Part shown: in pieces, positions 1-10,785 of the stretch
Numbering within the stretch: the first letter of the stretch is position 1
How the letters are laid out: each line of letters starts with the position of its first letter
From: a candidate division WOR-3 bacterium
GTDB lineage: Bacteria > Hydrothermota > Tepidihabitantia > B3-TA06
Direction of reading: 5' to 3'
Assembly (NCBI GenBank): GCA_965649265.1
Contig: CBFGKC010000008.1
Coordinates: forward strand, 67,010-117,452
Length of the DNA stretch: 50,443 nucleotides
Position numbers and translations under genes: made by a program
Notes under the pieces: model-generated
Databases searched by the model: none
What the model saw: the letters and a program-made list of their open reading frames with translations, nothing else
Told to the model about the DNA's origin: nothing

Positions 1-11
1 CAAGGAGAGGT

Positions 12-2819
12 TCACAGAACTTCCTTGAGAAAGCGCCCCGTGTATGATTCCTTGCTTCTTACTATATTCTCAGGTGTCCCTTGAGCTACGATTTGCCCCC
101 CCTGGTCGCCGCCTTCAGGGCCCAGATCGATTATCCAGTCGGCAGACTTGATGACGTCAAGGTTGTGCTCGATTACGACTATTGTGTTTTGTTTCTCGAC
201 AAGACGCTGCAGGACACCCAGAAGCATGCGCACGTCCTCGAAATGCAGACCGGTTGTAGGTTCGTCGAGTATGTATATCGTGTGCCCCTTCGGTATTTTT
301 GAAAGCTCCTTTGCCAGCTTTATTCGCTGTGCTTCACCTCCCGACAACGATGGGGCGGACTGGCCGAGTTTGACGTATCCAAGTCCTACATCCTTGAGCA
401 GTCTGAGTTTTCGCTCAACAGGAGGGATATCGGCAAAGAACTCCAGCCCCTCGTCAACGCTCATGTCGAGGACCTCGGCTATGTTCTTGTTCTTGAATCG
501 CACCTCGAGTGTCTCGCGATTGTAGCGTTTGCCCTGGCAGACCTCGCACGGAACGTAAACGTCGGGCAGGAAGTGCATCTCTATTCTCAATGTCCCGTCG
601 CCTGAGCACCGCTCGCACCTGCCTCCCCTGACGTTGAAGCTGAAACGTCCGGCGCCGTATCCCCTTATCCGCGCCTCCTTGGTTTTGGCGAAAAGCTCAC
701 GAATGGGTCCGAAGGCCTGTGTGTAGGTCGCCGGATTCGATCTCGGTGTTCGCCCGATTGCGGACTGATCAATGTTGATAACCTTATCGATGTTCTCGAG
801 ACCTTCCATTGAATCAAACTCACCCGGCTTCGTCCTCGATCGGTAGAATTTTCGGGCAAGGGCTCTGTATAGAATATCCGAAACCAGAGAGGATTTTCCC
901 GATCCTGAAACGCCCGTAACGCAGATGAACATCCCCAGGGGAAATTCAACATCTATTCCTTTCAGGTTGTGATGCCTGGCTCCTTTTATGACGAGCCTTC
1001 CGCCGTTTGTTTTGCGTCTTTCCGTGGGAACGCTGACCTTGCACTTTCCCGTCAGGTAGCGTCCTGTAAGCGAGCGTGGAGAGTTCCTTATCTCATCGGG
1101 TGTGCCTTCGGCGATGATCTTTCCGCCTTTTGCCCCTGCCCCCGGACCCAGGTCGATGATATAATCTGCCGATTCGATGGTCTCCCTGTCGTGCTCGACT
1201 ACGACGACCGTGTTCCCGAGATCCCTGAGTTTGTGTAATGTCGCCAGAAGCCTTCTGTTGTCCCTTGGATGAAGACCTATCGTCGGTTCATCGAGGATGT
1301 AAATGACGCCGACGAGTCTCGAACCTATCTGCGTTGCCAGTCTCACGCGCTGCTCTTCGCCGCCCGCAAGAGTGTCTGCCGTCCTGTCCAGCGTGAGATA
1401 ATCTACGCCCACTTCCATTAGAAAGCCCAGCCTGTCTGAAATCTCCTTGATCACATCTCCGGCAATAGTACGCTCCTGCCTCGTAAGTTTCATCTCCTTG
1501 AAGAATCCCAGTGCCTCTTTAACGGAAAAACGTGTGGCGTCTCTTATATTGTAGTTTCCAATACGGACAGATAGAGCTTCGGGTTTGAGCCTGTCTCCCT
1601 CGCATGTAGGGCACGGGAGTATCGACATGAATCCCTCTATATACCTCCGCCTGTAGTCGGAATCGGTCTCCTTATGGAGTCTCATGAGGTTGTTGGCCAC
1701 ACCTTCGTAGTACTCTTCTCCCTCGTAGCTGTGTCCTGATCGTCCTTCATATTTTATCGCAACCGGCTGTTTTGACCCGTAAAGAATAACATCCTTTGCC
1801 TCCTCCGGGAGCTCCTGCCAAGGCGTCTCGAGATCGAACCCGTATTTCTTTGCGACGGCCTTGAGGAAGGCTAGAGACCATCCCTGTGGTTCACCCCAGG
1901 GGACGAGGGTGCCTTCCATGATGGAAAGCCCTGGATTGGCGATGAGCCTGTCGGGATCGATCTCCATTTGCGTGCCGAGGCCGTGACATGTTGGGCAAGC
2001 GCCGTAGGGGGAGTTGAAGGAAAAGAGTCGCGGCGAGATTTCTGGATATGCGAATCCGCATCTGGTGCAGGCAAGTGACTGGCTGTAAGTTTGTTCCTCC
2101 TTGTCGTCAATAAGTACTGAGCAGAGCCCTTCTCCCTCCGACAAGGCCAGTTCCACCGAATCCGCCAGGCGTTTGCGCATGTTGGGTTTGATCACGAGCC
2201 TGTCCACTACTATCTCTATGGTGTGCTGTTTGTATTTTTCAAGTTCCGGAGGTTTCTCAAGTTCGAAAATCTCGCCATCAACCCTGGCGCGAACGAAACC
2301 CTTTCTAATGAGCTTCGGCCATAAATCGCGGTACTCACCTTTCCTTCCTCTTGCCTTGGGTGCAAGAATCACCAGCCTGGTTCCTTCAGGATTGGCAAGA
2401 AGAGTATCAATGATCTGATCGGTACTCATCTTGGAGATAGGGATATTGCAATTCGGGCAGAAGGGTTTGCCCACACGGGCGAAAAGTAACCTCATGTAAT
2501 CGTAAATCTCGGTAACCGTCGCTACGGTCGAGCGTGGATTTCTGGAGGAAGTCCGCTGCTCGATTGCTATGGCAGGGGAGAGGCCTTCAATGAAATCGAC
2601 CTCTGGTTTTTCCATTGCTCCCATGAACTGCCTGGCGTATGCCGATAGCGATTCCATATATCGGCGTTGGCCTTCGGCGTAAAGAGTATCAAAAGCAAGA
2701 CTCGACTTGCCCGAGCCCGACAGCCCCGTCACAACTACAAGCTTATTGCGGGGGATTCGAACGTCGATGTTCTTCAGGTTGTGCTCTCGGGCACCCTTTA
2801 TTAGAATATCCTGTTCCAT
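12..2819 (-). CDS. uvrA: Excinuclease ABC subunit A (UvrA)
   Basis: [10 protein letters not shown], two Walker A motifs ([18 protein letters not shown]), zinc-finger CxxC pairs, LSGGEAQR signature, ILDEPT Walker B. Start moved to MEQDILIK (ATG 2819) because a TTGACG-17-TAAAAT promoter lies just upstream. Confidence 0.97.
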   Translation of the reverse strand: MEQDILIKGAREHNLKNIDVRIPRNKLVVVTGLSGSGKSSLAFDTLYAEGQRRYMESLSAYARQFMGAMEKPEVDFIEGLSPAIAIEQRTSSRNPRSTVATVTEIYDYMRLLFARVGKPFCPNCNIPISKMSTDQIIDTLLANPEGTRLVILAPKARGRKGEYRDLWPKLIRKGFVRARVDGEIFELEKPPELEKYKQHTIEIVVDRLVIKPNMRKRLADSVELALSEGEGLCSVLIDDKEEQTYSQSLACTRCGFAYPEISPRLFSFNSPYGACPTCHGLGTQMEIDPDRLIANPGLSIMEGTLVPWGEPQGWSLAFLKAVAKKYGFDLETPWQELPEEAKDVILYGSKQPVAIKYEGRSGHSYEGEEYYEGVANNLMRLHKETDSDYRRRYIEGFMSILPCPTCEGDRLKPEALSVRIGNYNIRDATRFSVKEALGFFKEMKLTRQERTIAGDVIKEISDRLGFLMEVGVDYLTLDRTADTLAGGEEQRVRLATQIGSRLVGVIYILDEPTIGLHPRDNRRLLATLHKLRDLGNTVVVVEHDRETIESADYIIDLGPGAGAKGGKIIAEGTPDEIRNSPRSLTGRYLTGKCKVSVPTERRKTNGGRLVIKGARHHNLKGIDVEFPLGMFICVTGVSGSGKSSLVSDILYRALARKFYRSRTKPGEFDSMEGLENIDKVINIDQSAIGRTPRSNPATYTQAFGPIRELFAKTKEARIRGYGAGRFSFNVRGGRCERCSGDGTLRIEMHFLPDVYVPCEVCQGKRYNRETLEVRFKNKNIAEVLDMSVDEGLEFFADIPPVERKLRLLKDVGLGYVKLGQSAPSLSGGEAQRIKLAKELSKIPKGHTIYILDEPTTGLHFEDVRMLLGVLQRLVEKQNTIVVIEHNLDVIKSADWIIDLGPEGGDQGGQIVAQGTPENIVRSKESYTGRFLKEVL

Positions 2820-2917
2820 AAACTGAGCTCTAATTTTAGCCCTGAATCCGGGTCGCGTCAACACCTCCAAGTTATGCGAAGAGGGGTACACAACCTGAAC
2901 ATGCAGGTTACGGCTCC

Positions 2918-2946
2918 TTGACTTATCCTTAGGGGGCTCCTATAAT
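2918..2946 (+). promoter_or_regulatory. Sigma70-type promoter of the ybbR-tsaD-recJ operon (probably leaderless)
   Basis: TTGACT-17 bp-TATAAT, with the ATG at 2953 only 6 nt after the -10 box and no Shine-Dalgarno sequence. Confidence 0.7.
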
Positions 2947-2952
2947 CCACGG

Positions 2953-3873
2953 ATGGCTAGACATCGTATCGTTCGTTGGATATTTGAAGACTGGTGGTTA
3001 AAGCTTATTGCTCTTGTGGCCGCACTTCTTGTGTGGCTATTCGCAAGACTTGAAGCAGAATACACAAGAGAATTGAGGCTTGGGCTGGATATGTCTCTTC
3101 TTCCTCAGGAGTACGTAGTATCATCGAAGAGTATCGATTCTGTGACGGTCGTAATAAAAGGGAAGGGTAAAAATCTGCTTGAGCTCTCAAAAAAGAAACC
3201 GGTGATCTTGCTTCCCTTAAAAGATATGCGCGAAGGCGTTGAACGCTTCAGAATAGGTCCCGAGAACGTAGTCATCTCGGAACAAATCCAGGTCAAGACC
3301 CTTGATCCATACCAGATTGAGCTGACAATAGAGCCCAGGGCAAAGCGCAAGATTAAGATTATCGTTCCCGTAGAAGGTATACCCGCAAAGAATTTCGCAA
3401 TTTCATCAATTGACTACGACAACACCGCTTTCGTATACGGGACCAAGGAAGTCATTTCGGCTGTAAACCAGCTTTTCAGTGAGCCCTTGAACGTCGAGGG
3501 CCTGGCGGCAAGTATCGAACGCAGCCTCCAGATTCAATACCCGGATACCGGAGGGATGTTTGTCGAACCGTCCAGGGTTAAAGTTAAAGTAAAGGTTGAG
3601 CCTGAAACAACACTGGTCCTCAAGGGGTTGCCCGTGAGACTTGAAGGAAAACCCGTCAAAGGTCAGGCTTACCTTCTTAACAAGGAAGTTGAACTGACGT
3701 TAAAGGGGCCGGTCGGCCTGCTCCGGGGGTTCGGCCCATCCAATGTAAATATCTCAATACTGGTTTCCTCCATGACACCCGGTGATTATCGCGTTCCCGC
3801 AGACATATCCTTGACGCCCGGTATAAGGGTAGAAAGAAGTGAACCTGCAATATTCCGCATTCTTGTGCGATGA
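2953..3873 (+). CDS. YbbR/CdaR-like membrane-anchored protein
   Basis: N-terminal WWLKLIALVAALLVW anchor followed by about three beta-rich YbbR-type repeats (V.V.IKG, VELTLKGP, PGDYRVP). Confidence 0.8.
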   Translation: MARHRIVRWIFEDWWLKLIALVAALLVWLFARLEAEYTRELRLGLDMSLLPQEYVVSSKSIDSVTVVIKGKGKNLLELSKKKPVILLPLKDMREGVERFRIGPENVVISEQIQVKTLDPYQIELTIEPRAKRKIKIIVPVEGIPAKNFAISSIDYDNTAFVYGTKEVISAVNQLFSEPLNVEGLAASIERSLQIQYPDTGGMFVEPSRVKVKVKVEPETTLVLKGLPVRLEGKPVKGQAYLLNKEVELTLKGPVGLLRGFGPSNVNISILVSSMTPGDYRVPADISLTPGIRVERSEPAIFRILVR

Positions 3874-4862
3874 TTGCACTGGGGATTGACACCAGCTGCG
3901 ATGACACTAGTGTAGCCGTACTGGAAGATTCGAGTATCAGGGCTAATTTGGTTTCCTCGCATCTGGTTCATTCGGAATACGGCGGCGTGGTGCCTGAATT
4001 TGCGTCAAGAGCCCATGCCATGCTTCTGTATCCCATGACACGTCTGGCCCTTGAATCCGCGAAGGTCAGCCTTGGAGACTTGAATCTTATAGCAGTTACA
4101 TCCGGCCCGGGTCTTCTGGGGTCTCTTTTGTGCGGTCTGGCATATGCCAAGGGTCTTTCTTTGGCCTCCGGGATACATTTAAGAACCGTCGATCACCTTG
4201 AAGGTCATATTTACAGTGTGCTTTTATCATATCCTGATCTGGAGCCGCCTTTCATGGTCCTTCTCGTATCCGGCGGTCATACCGAACTTATTCATGTTCG
4301 CGCTTCCTTCGATTATGAACAAATAGGCGCAACCCTTGACGATGCTTGCGGCGAAGCTATAGATAAGGTGGGGAAGCTTATGGGACTGGGATATCCTGCA
4401 GGCCCTGCCGTGGAAAGGACCGCACTTGAATCCAAAAACCCGGTAAAGTTACCCGTCCCTAATCCTTGCGGAATGGATTTCAGTTACTCGGGGCTAAAGA
4501 CGGCCGCACGCAACTATCTCGAGGCCCATCCAGAAACCCCTCATGCAGATTTATCCCTTGGACTTATGGAAGCCGCGTTCGACCATCTTATCGCAAGGGT
4601 AGAGAGAGCGGTCGAAACATTCGCAGTCCCAAAAATCGGACTTGCGGGCGGTGTAGCCATCAATAAGAGACTTCGATCTAAACTCGAAGAGTCAGGGAAG
4701 AGAAACGGATTCAAGGTTTTTGCCCCTTCGTCGTCTCTTTGCACGGATAACGCGGCGATGATTGCCGCTGCGGGTATCGCTCGTTACAAGACTTATGGAC
4801 CTTCAAATCTCGATATTCCTGCATACGACAGGTCTTCTATTTGGGAAGGTGGAAAAGAATGA
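3870..4862 (+). CDS. tsaD: tRNA N6-adenosine threonylcarbamoyltransferase TsaD
   Basis: LGIDTSCDDT, GGVVPE.ASR.H, HLEGH, LLVSGGHT, DDACGEA.DK, FSYSGLKT and CTDNAAMI motifs; ATGA overlap with the upstream gene. Confidence 0.96.
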   Translation: MIALGIDTSCDDTSVAVLEDSSIRANLVSSHLVHSEYGGVVPEFASRAHAMLLYPMTRLALESAKVSLGDLNLIAVTSGPGLLGSLLCGLAYAKGLSLASGIHLRTVDHLEGHIYSVLLSYPDLEPPFMVLLVSGGHTELIHVRASFDYEQIGATLDDACGEAIDKVGKLMGLGYPAGPAVERTALESKNPVKLPVPNPCGMDFSYSGLKTAARNYLEAHPETPHADLSLGLMEAAFDHLIARVERAVETFAVPKIGLAGGVAINKRLRSKLEESGKRNGFKVFAPSSSLCTDNAAMIAAAGIARYKTYGPSNLDIPAYDRSSIWEGGKE

Positions 4863-6412
4863 GAGTATCAGAAGAACTTGTAAAGTATCTTGAACTTAAG
4901 GGAATAGGTACACCCGAAGCAAGGATGCGCTTTCTTTTTCCCAGGCTCAGTGATCATTACGATCCATTTCTTCTTAAGGATATGAAGGAGGCTGTCGACG
5001 CGCTGACCCTGGCACTCAAAAAGCACGAAAAGATTCTGGTGTGGGGTCATGCCGATCTTGACGGCATAGCATCTGCTGCTCTTTTGAAGCTTGCTCTGGA
5101 GGACCTGGGAGCGCCCGAAATCCATATATACATTCCTGAAAGCGACGACACGGAAGGGTTTGGTCTCGACCTTTCGGAGATGAAAAGCTTTCGTGACAAA
5201 GGTGGCCACATGATAGTGACCGTCGACGTGGGTGTCACCAATGCAAGTGAAGCGGAAGCCGCAAAAAAACTTGGTCTTGAGCTCATAATTACCGATCACC
5301 ACGAACTTGTCGACGCGATTCCCAAGGCGATACTGGTAAACCCGAAAATACAGGGTAGTGAGTATCCCTGGAGGGAGCTTTCGGGCTCCGGTGTGGTACT
5401 TAAACTCATTGCGGCTCTTTTTGAAAGACTGGTCGGTCTTTCCGTTGAGGAACTCAATACCCTCAAACCGCATTACTGGATATTCGCGGCACTCGGGACT
5501 ATATCCGATCGTTGTCCCCTTCTCGATGAAAATCGTCTTATCGTCAGCGAGGGAATGATCAGGCTGCGTTCTGGTATATGGCCGCCGTTGAACGTGTGGC
5601 TCGAAGAGATGGGGTTTGACATCGAAAGCCTTAGTGTTTTTGACCTTTACAGCCGCGGTATAGCCCCTTTTTACGCCACAGACTCGGAGGAGGGTGTAAG
5701 ACTTCTGCTTTCGAACGATCTGGATTGGCTGCATAACCGCTACGGAGAACTCAAAGGCCGGGCTTCCGAATGGCAGAGAGGCAAACAAAAAATGATCGAA
5801 GAAGCTGAACGTGTTGCCCGCCAGGTAGGAGGAGTAATTGTAGCGATTTCTGATAAGATAGGTTCAGACTATCTTGGAACCACGGCACATGCTTTAAGGG
5901 AACGTTACAACTTGCCTGCGCTTGCGATGGCTCAACGAAAAGGTAACCTGTGGCATGCGGAGTGTCGAGGACGCGAGAAAACAGATCTTTTAGGTTACCT
6001 GACAGGTTTCAAGGAATTGTTTCTGACTTTCGGAGGACACAAAAAAGCCTGCGGATTTACCCTCAAGCCAGGAAGACTTGAGGATTTCCTTGAAGCATTG
6101 GAGAGAACACCATTGGAAATACCAGAAAACGACACTAACGGCGAGGAAAAATTATTCGAACTGGGTCTGAAAGAAGACTTAAGCGACTGGATGCTGCTTG
6201 CACCATTCGGCGAAGGAAACCTCTCACCGAGACTTCTTGCCAGACGTGTAATCCTGGAAGAGTCTCATGAGGGGTACCGTGCAGATGGAATACCCGTATA
6301 CATACCATTGTCTCTCAGACCGCTCCCCTTGAGGAAAGGTGTGTACGATATCGAATATACCGTGAATACCGACGGTAAGATCCGGTTGCTTCATTTAGAA
6401 CCTGCACTTTGA
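4859..6412 (+). CDS. recJ: RecJ-like DHH/DHHA1 single-stranded DNA exonuclease (divergent)
   Basis: DPFLLKDM, HADLDG, TVDVG, ITDHH, LSGSGV, GTISD, FGGH..ACG and LAPFGEGN motifs. Start placed at ATG 4859, overlapping the tsaD stop. Confidence 0.75.
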   Translation: MRVSEELVKYLELKGIGTPEARMRFLFPRLSDHYDPFLLKDMKEAVDALTLALKKHEKILVWGHADLDGIASAALLKLALEDLGAPEIHIYIPESDDTEGFGLDLSEMKSFRDKGGHMIVTVDVGVTNASEAEAAKKLGLELIITDHHELVDAIPKAILVNPKIQGSEYPWRELSGSGVVLKLIAALFERLVGLSVEELNTLKPHYWIFAALGTISDRCPLLDENRLIVSEGMIRLRSGIWPPLNVWLEEMGFDIESLSVFDLYSRGIAPFYATDSEEGVRLLLSNDLDWLHNRYGELKGRASEWQRGKQKMIEEAERVARQVGGVIVAISDKIGSDYLGTTAHALRERYNLPALAMAQRKGNLWHAECRGREKTDLLGYLTGFKELFLTFGGHKKACGFTLKPGRLEDFLEALERTPLEIPENDTNGEEKLFELGLKEDLSDWMLLAPFGEGNLSPRLLARRVILEESHEGYRADGIPVYIPLSLRPLPLRKGVYDIEYTVNTDGKIRLLHLEPAL

Positions 6413-6605
6413 AAACCGGATTGATCATTCGTTCAAGCAAAAAAAGGCAGTATTCACGACCGAGCTCTGGAAAAAGATGGAATTTTCAAAGGTACAAGTT
6501 AATCTTTTCGGCGGGATAATACCCGTAAACGGTTTTGTTTAGTTCCAAACTCACAAGGCTAAAGCCTTAGCTTACTTATGCAACAATCACTTTAGGTGGT
6601 CGGAT

Positions 6606-7163
6606 TTAAGCCCGCTCCTGGTATTCGCCGGTTTCGGTGTCTACCCTTATCTTGTCACCTTTCTCGACGAAGGGGGGGACCTGTACGCGAAGCCCTGTGT
6701 TGGTGATGGCAGGTTTAAGCTGTGCCTGAGCGGTTGCGTGTTTGAGGGCTGGATCTGCCTCAACCACTTCCATAACAACCGTCTTGGGGGGGTGGACGCC
6801 GATGGCCTTTCCCTCGAAAAAGACAACCGATATGACAAGTCCTTCGGTCAGATAGTAGCGGTTGTCGCCGATAAAATCTGGACTTATTGCCACCTGCTCG
6901 TAGTTTTCGGTGTTCATGAAGTGGAAGAACTCGCCGTCTTCATAAAGAAATTGCATCTGAAGCTCTTCAAGAGCGGCTATTTCCACTTTCTCGTCGGATG
7001 CGAAGCGTCTCTCTGTGGAGAGACCGGTTCTTAAATTCCTCATTTTGAGCTGAATCTTACCTGCTTTTCTGCCTAGTGTGATGTGCCTGCGATCGAGTAC
7101 GATGTGTGGATCATTCTCCAGCACTATGCAGTTTCCTACTTTTACTTGTGTTGCCGGGATCAA
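6606..7163 (-). CDS. efp: Translation elongation factor P
   Basis: 185 aa; MQFLY, FMNTENYEQ, KPA..NTG..VQVPPFV..GDKIRVDT.TGEY.ER. Confidence 0.95.
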   Translation of the reverse strand: MIPATQVKVGNCIVLENDPHIVLDRRHITLGRKAGKIQLKMRNLRTGLSTERRFASDEKVEIAALEELQMQFLYEDGEFFHFMNTENYEQVAISPDFIGDNRYYLTEGLVISVVFFEGKAIGVHPPKTVVMEVVEADPALKHATAQAQLKPAITNTGLRVQVPPFVEKGDKIRVDTETGEYQERA

Positions 7164-8548
7164 TGAACCTCCTTGGGCTCAATGCCATGTTTTTTTAATT
7201 TTTTAAAGAAGATTTTCCTGATTTTTTCAAGAGCATCCTTGGTTTTAGCCTCAAACCGCAGAACGAGCACAGGCTGTGTGTTGGACGCTCTGACAAGTCC
7301 CCAGCCATCCTCGAAGATGACCCGTGCTCCGTCAATCGTAATGGTTTCCAGTTCCTTGCTGAAATCTTCCTGAAGGGCCTTGATTATCCTGAACTTGCTT
7401 TCATCCGGACAGGAAACATGTATTTCCGGTGTGTTAATGTAGAAGGGTATTTCCGCAACAAGGTCGGAAAGAGGGCGTCCGCATCGTTCCAGAACCCTAA
7501 GTAGTCTTAAGGCTGCGTAAATGCCGTCGTCATGACCGAAGAAACCGTCCGCAAAAAAAATATGACCTGACATCTCTCCTGCCAGCGGCGCCTTGCGTTC
7601 AGCCAGTTTTGCCTTGAGGAGTGAGTGTCCTGTCTTGTACATATAGGGACTTCCCCCCTTCATTTTGACGTAATCGACAATACCTTGCGAGCATTTTACG
7701 TCAAAGATAATTTCCGCACCCGGGAGGCGTTCGAGGACCTCGGAAGCCAGTATCGCCAGGAGCTTATCCCCGAATATCAAGTTTCCGTTCTCATCCATCG
7801 CTCCTACCCTGTCGCCGTCTCCGTCGAATCCAATCCCTAGGTCGGCTTTACTAAGTCTAACACGATTTCCCAGTTCCACCATGTACTCGGGAACCGTAGG
7901 ATCAGCAAGATGCACAGGGAAATTGCCGTCAGGTTCCAGGTTCATGTATTCCACTTTAAGGGACGGAAAACCTTCAAACAGTCTTTCGAGTAAGATACCG
8001 GTCGTTCCGTTGCCTGGATCGACTATTATGCTTCTGGGTTTCTTGAAATCGAATGCTTGATGCATGTATTCAAGATATGAGGGTAACGGATCCACCTTCT
8101 CAATATTGCCTCCACCCTTGTTTCCTGCTTTCCTTTGCTCTATCCTCCCTCTCAAATCCAGTACCGCGTCCCCGAAGATGCTCTTTCGTTCCTCGCAGAG
8201 CTTGAAGCCGTTCTGATCCTTCGGATTATGGCTTCCCGTTATCATGATGCCTGAGTCAAGACCGAAATGATGAAGCGCGAAGTAGAGGACCGGCGTAGGC
8301 ACAATACCCATGTCCAAAACGTCAAGCCCAGCCGTTGTAATTCCATCCGCAAGATTTTCAAAAAGTCTGGGTGAACTCAGACGTACATCGCGTCCAACTG
8401 CAACTTGCCTTACGCCGCGCTCGCTCACACGCGAGGCGAAGGCAGCGCCGATTGCCCTGGTGACTTCAGGGGTCAAATCCTTATCCGCGACCCCGCGAAT
8501 ATCGTAGGCGCGGAAAATGGACGGGTTCATTTGCATCGTTTGATTCAT
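7160..8548 (-). CDS. Phosphomannomutase/phosphoglucomutase
   Basis: IFRAYDIRG, catalytic TGSHNP, metal-binding DGDGDR, GEMSGH, RASNTQP. The start could be any of the first Met codons. Confidence 0.93.
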   Translation of the reverse strand: MNQTMQMNPSIFRAYDIRGVADKDLTPEVTRAIGAAFASRVSERGVRQVAVGRDVRLSSPRLFENLADGITTAGLDVLDMGIVPTPVLYFALHHFGLDSGIMITGSHNPKDQNGFKLCEERKSIFGDAVLDLRGRIEQRKAGNKGGGNIEKVDPLPSYLEYMHQAFDFKKPRSIIVDPGNGTTGILLERLFEGFPSLKVEYMNLEPDGNFPVHLADPTVPEYMVELGNRVRLSKADLGIGFDGDGDRVGAMDENGNLIFGDKLLAILASEVLERLPGAEIIFDVKCSQGIVDYVKMKGGSPYMYKTGHSLLKAKLAERKAPLAGEMSGHIFFADGFFGHDDGIYAALRLLRVLERCGRPLSDLVAEIPFYINTPEIHVSCPDESKFRIIKALQEDFSKELETITIDGARVIFEDGWGLVRASNTQPVLVLRFEAKTKDALEKIRKIFFKKLKKHGIEPKEVH

Positions 8549-8618
8549 CTTTATCCATACCCCCCCCGGGGACTGCCCCGGAGGGGGTTTTAAAATGTTT
8601 AGTTTTCTCGGTCGATTC

Positions 8619-9275
8619 TTACTGAATTACACCTAGCCAGTCACGTAACAGAAACTGTAGACGCCCAATCAGTAGTGAAACACGAGACATGACGGTAAGT
8701 CCGAATGTGGCACCGAATCCCAGCATGATGAAGAAGATACCGACCGGGGAAACGACCGTCGAAAGTACGCTCTTCTCCTTTCTTGAGAAGAAAAAGTACA
8801 TGAGTGTCGCCAGGGTACCGATTAGTATAATAATACCCCAGAAACCACCGGAAAGGGAGAAGAGATTCTCGGGGGAGAAGGCGGCAGGAGTAAGCGGTTC
8901 TATACCGGCCTTCATTTGCTTCAGGATGGATGCCTGGAAAATAAGCGGTATTCCGAGACCGGAACCCCAGCCGAGCAATATTGCTATGGGGATGCGGATT
9001 ATCCAGGATATCTTCGGTATGAGTCTTGTGAAAAAGAGCAGGCCGATGAGTATAGGTATAATGAGAATCAATTGGCCTTGAATAAATAGTGGTTGAAACG
9101 CAACCTGTAAGAGTGCGTTATGCCAGGTCAAGGCCAAACCGTATCCGACGGTCAATCCAAGGAAGAGGTGCTCAGCCACGCGATAGAAGGGGTTTTCCTT
9201 GTAAAGAATACTGAAGATTGCTAGAGTTAGTAATGCTGCAATCCATATCCAGACGTTTGGTGAAAGATGCATCAC
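8619..9275 (-). CDS. Uncharacterised integral membrane protein (4-gene membrane cluster)
   Basis: About six hydrophobic helices; YKENPFYRVAEH motif; overlaps the upstream gene by 4 nt. Confidence 0.8.
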   Translation of the reverse strand: MMHLSPNVWIWIAALLTLAIFSILYKENPFYRVAEHLFLGLTVGYGLALTWHNALLQVAFQPLFIQGQLILIIPILIGLLFFTRLIPKISWIIRIPIAILLGWGSGLGIPLIFQASILKQMKAGIEPLTPAAFSPENLFSLSGGFWGIIILIGTLATLMYFFFSRKEKSVLSTVVSPVGIFFIMLGFGATFGLTVMSRVSLLIGRLQFLLRDWLGVIQ

Positions 9276-10129
9276 TTCCTCCTTGTGGCAAAGTAGCTAA
9301 TGTTGCCAATGATGACGAACAGGATGATAACCAAAAGAGCCGCCGAAAGAGCAGGCAATGACTGGGTTGCTCTAAGGAAGATATTCTGATCGGGATAATA
9401 TTTATCCTTGACCAGGCGCTCGTATTCCGCGCCGGCCTTCATTCCGGCAAGCATCCCAATGAGCTGTCTGGAACCAAGATAAGGGTATATGTCGGCCACG
9501 GAGACGGCCGTAATGCCCGTGGCGACCGGGACGCCGAATTTAGTGTAGGCATAGGTTATCCATGTACCATACGCACTTGATCCGGTAAAACTCACTATTA
9601 GAGCTATATCGTCGAAGTTACGTATGTTTGTCATCATCGGGAGCGCGGTAATGGGAGTTCCGCTGTAGTCTCTGCGGTAGGTCTGTTCGATTGAGTTTCC
9701 CATGCCCAGGACTACTGCCGCTGTTCCGGGTATCCATCCGAGCATCACGTAGTCCTTTCCGTATTCCTTATTGTGTTCTCTTGCCAGTCGCTCCATGACT
9801 TCTACGCCTATTCCTACGCCTTGGATCGAGAGTGGTGAAACGACTACCACGGGAATATTTCGGGCATAGGCGTGGCGTACTATAGCCTCGAACTGGGGCT
9901 TTAACTCGGGCTCTACCTGCGGGTCGAAGTCTATGGACAGCATGAGAGCCTTGCGCTGGGATTTTATGTCTACCCTGTCTATGTAGTTGAATACATCTTG
10001 TGTTCTCGGCATCGCTCGAACCTTGGATGGGAGTTGAATGGTTGCAATAAGTGGTACAATGACCACGACAGCCATTATGCCATAAATGATGCGCCGGTCA
10101 ATCTTTCCAAGCATTTCCCAGAACTTCAT
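9272..10129 (-). CDS. Uncharacterised membrane protein with a central soluble alpha/beta domain
   Basis: N- and C-terminal TM helices flank a soluble domain (YGKDYVMLGW, GMKAGAEYE); ATGA-coupled on both sides. Confidence 0.8.
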   Translation of the reverse strand: MKFWEMLGKIDRRIIYGIMAVVVIVPLIATIQLPSKVRAMPRTQDVFNYIDRVDIKSQRKALMLSIDFDPQVEPELKPQFEAIVRHAYARNIPVVVVSPLSIQGVGIGVEVMERLAREHNKEYGKDYVMLGWIPGTAAVVLGMGNSIEQTYRRDYSGTPITALPMMTNIRNFDDIALIVSFTGSSAYGTWITYAYTKFGVPVATGITAVSVADIYPYLGSRQLIGMLAGMKAGAEYERLVKDKYYPDQNIFLRATQSLPALSAALLVIILFVIIGNISYFATRRK

Positions 10130-10776
10130 TTGGCACCTCCGAGATAGCCTTTTTCAATCCCGAGGATGATCTTGAGCGAAGTGGCGATCATTCCCAAGGT
10201 TGCACCGAGAAGTATGCCTCGTTTTGCAGCAAGGTTTGGTACGGAAAGAAGCCACTCGCCGAAGTCACCAAGAGGCAAGAGATTGTAAAATATGATAGAA
10301 AGCATAACCGCAAATGCCGCGATAAGAAGCAGAGTCGACACCAATGTTTTTGCACGGAATGAACGGTAGGCCGCTGAAGCTATGTAGAAGGCTAGAATGG
10401 AGAACATGGTTGCGCCAAGTGGAACCATCATGTAGGAGTAGAAGTTGTTAAAGAGATAGAGGAAAATGTTCTGTCCGTTTATGGGCAGCAGGTTGACACC
10501 CTGTGTGCGGCCTATGATTCCGACCAGGGCCATTATGACCATGGCACCAAGGGCGATGGGGCTGTACTGCCACCCTTCCTTCTTGTGTCGAATCTTGAGA
10601 TAATGGTGTCCGACAAAGCTTGCAAGGCCGAGGATGAATCCGAATGCTCCGATGACTCTCATCCATTCCAGAGATGTATCGTAAAAGACCTTTGATATCT
10701 GGTGGGGGATGAAGAACTGGATCATCATGATGATGCCCAGCACGAGCGTAATGACTAGAGGAATAGTTCTTTGCAT
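10126..10776 (-). CDS. Uncharacterised integral membrane protein
   Basis: About six hydrophobic segments; ATMFSILAFYIASAAYRSFR; GGAGG RBS. Confidence 0.8.
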   Translation of the reverse strand: MQRTIPLVITLVLGIIMMIQFFIPHQISKVFYDTSLEWMRVIGAFGFILGLASFVGHHYLKIRHKKEGWQYSPIALGAMVIMALVGIIGRTQGVNLLPINGQNIFLYLFNNFYSYMMVPLGATMFSILAFYIASAAYRSFRAKTLVSTLLLIAAFAVMLSIIFYNLLPLGDFGEWLLSVPNLAAKRGILLGATLGMIATSLKIILGIEKGYLGGAK

Positions 10777-10785
10777 TCTGCCTCC

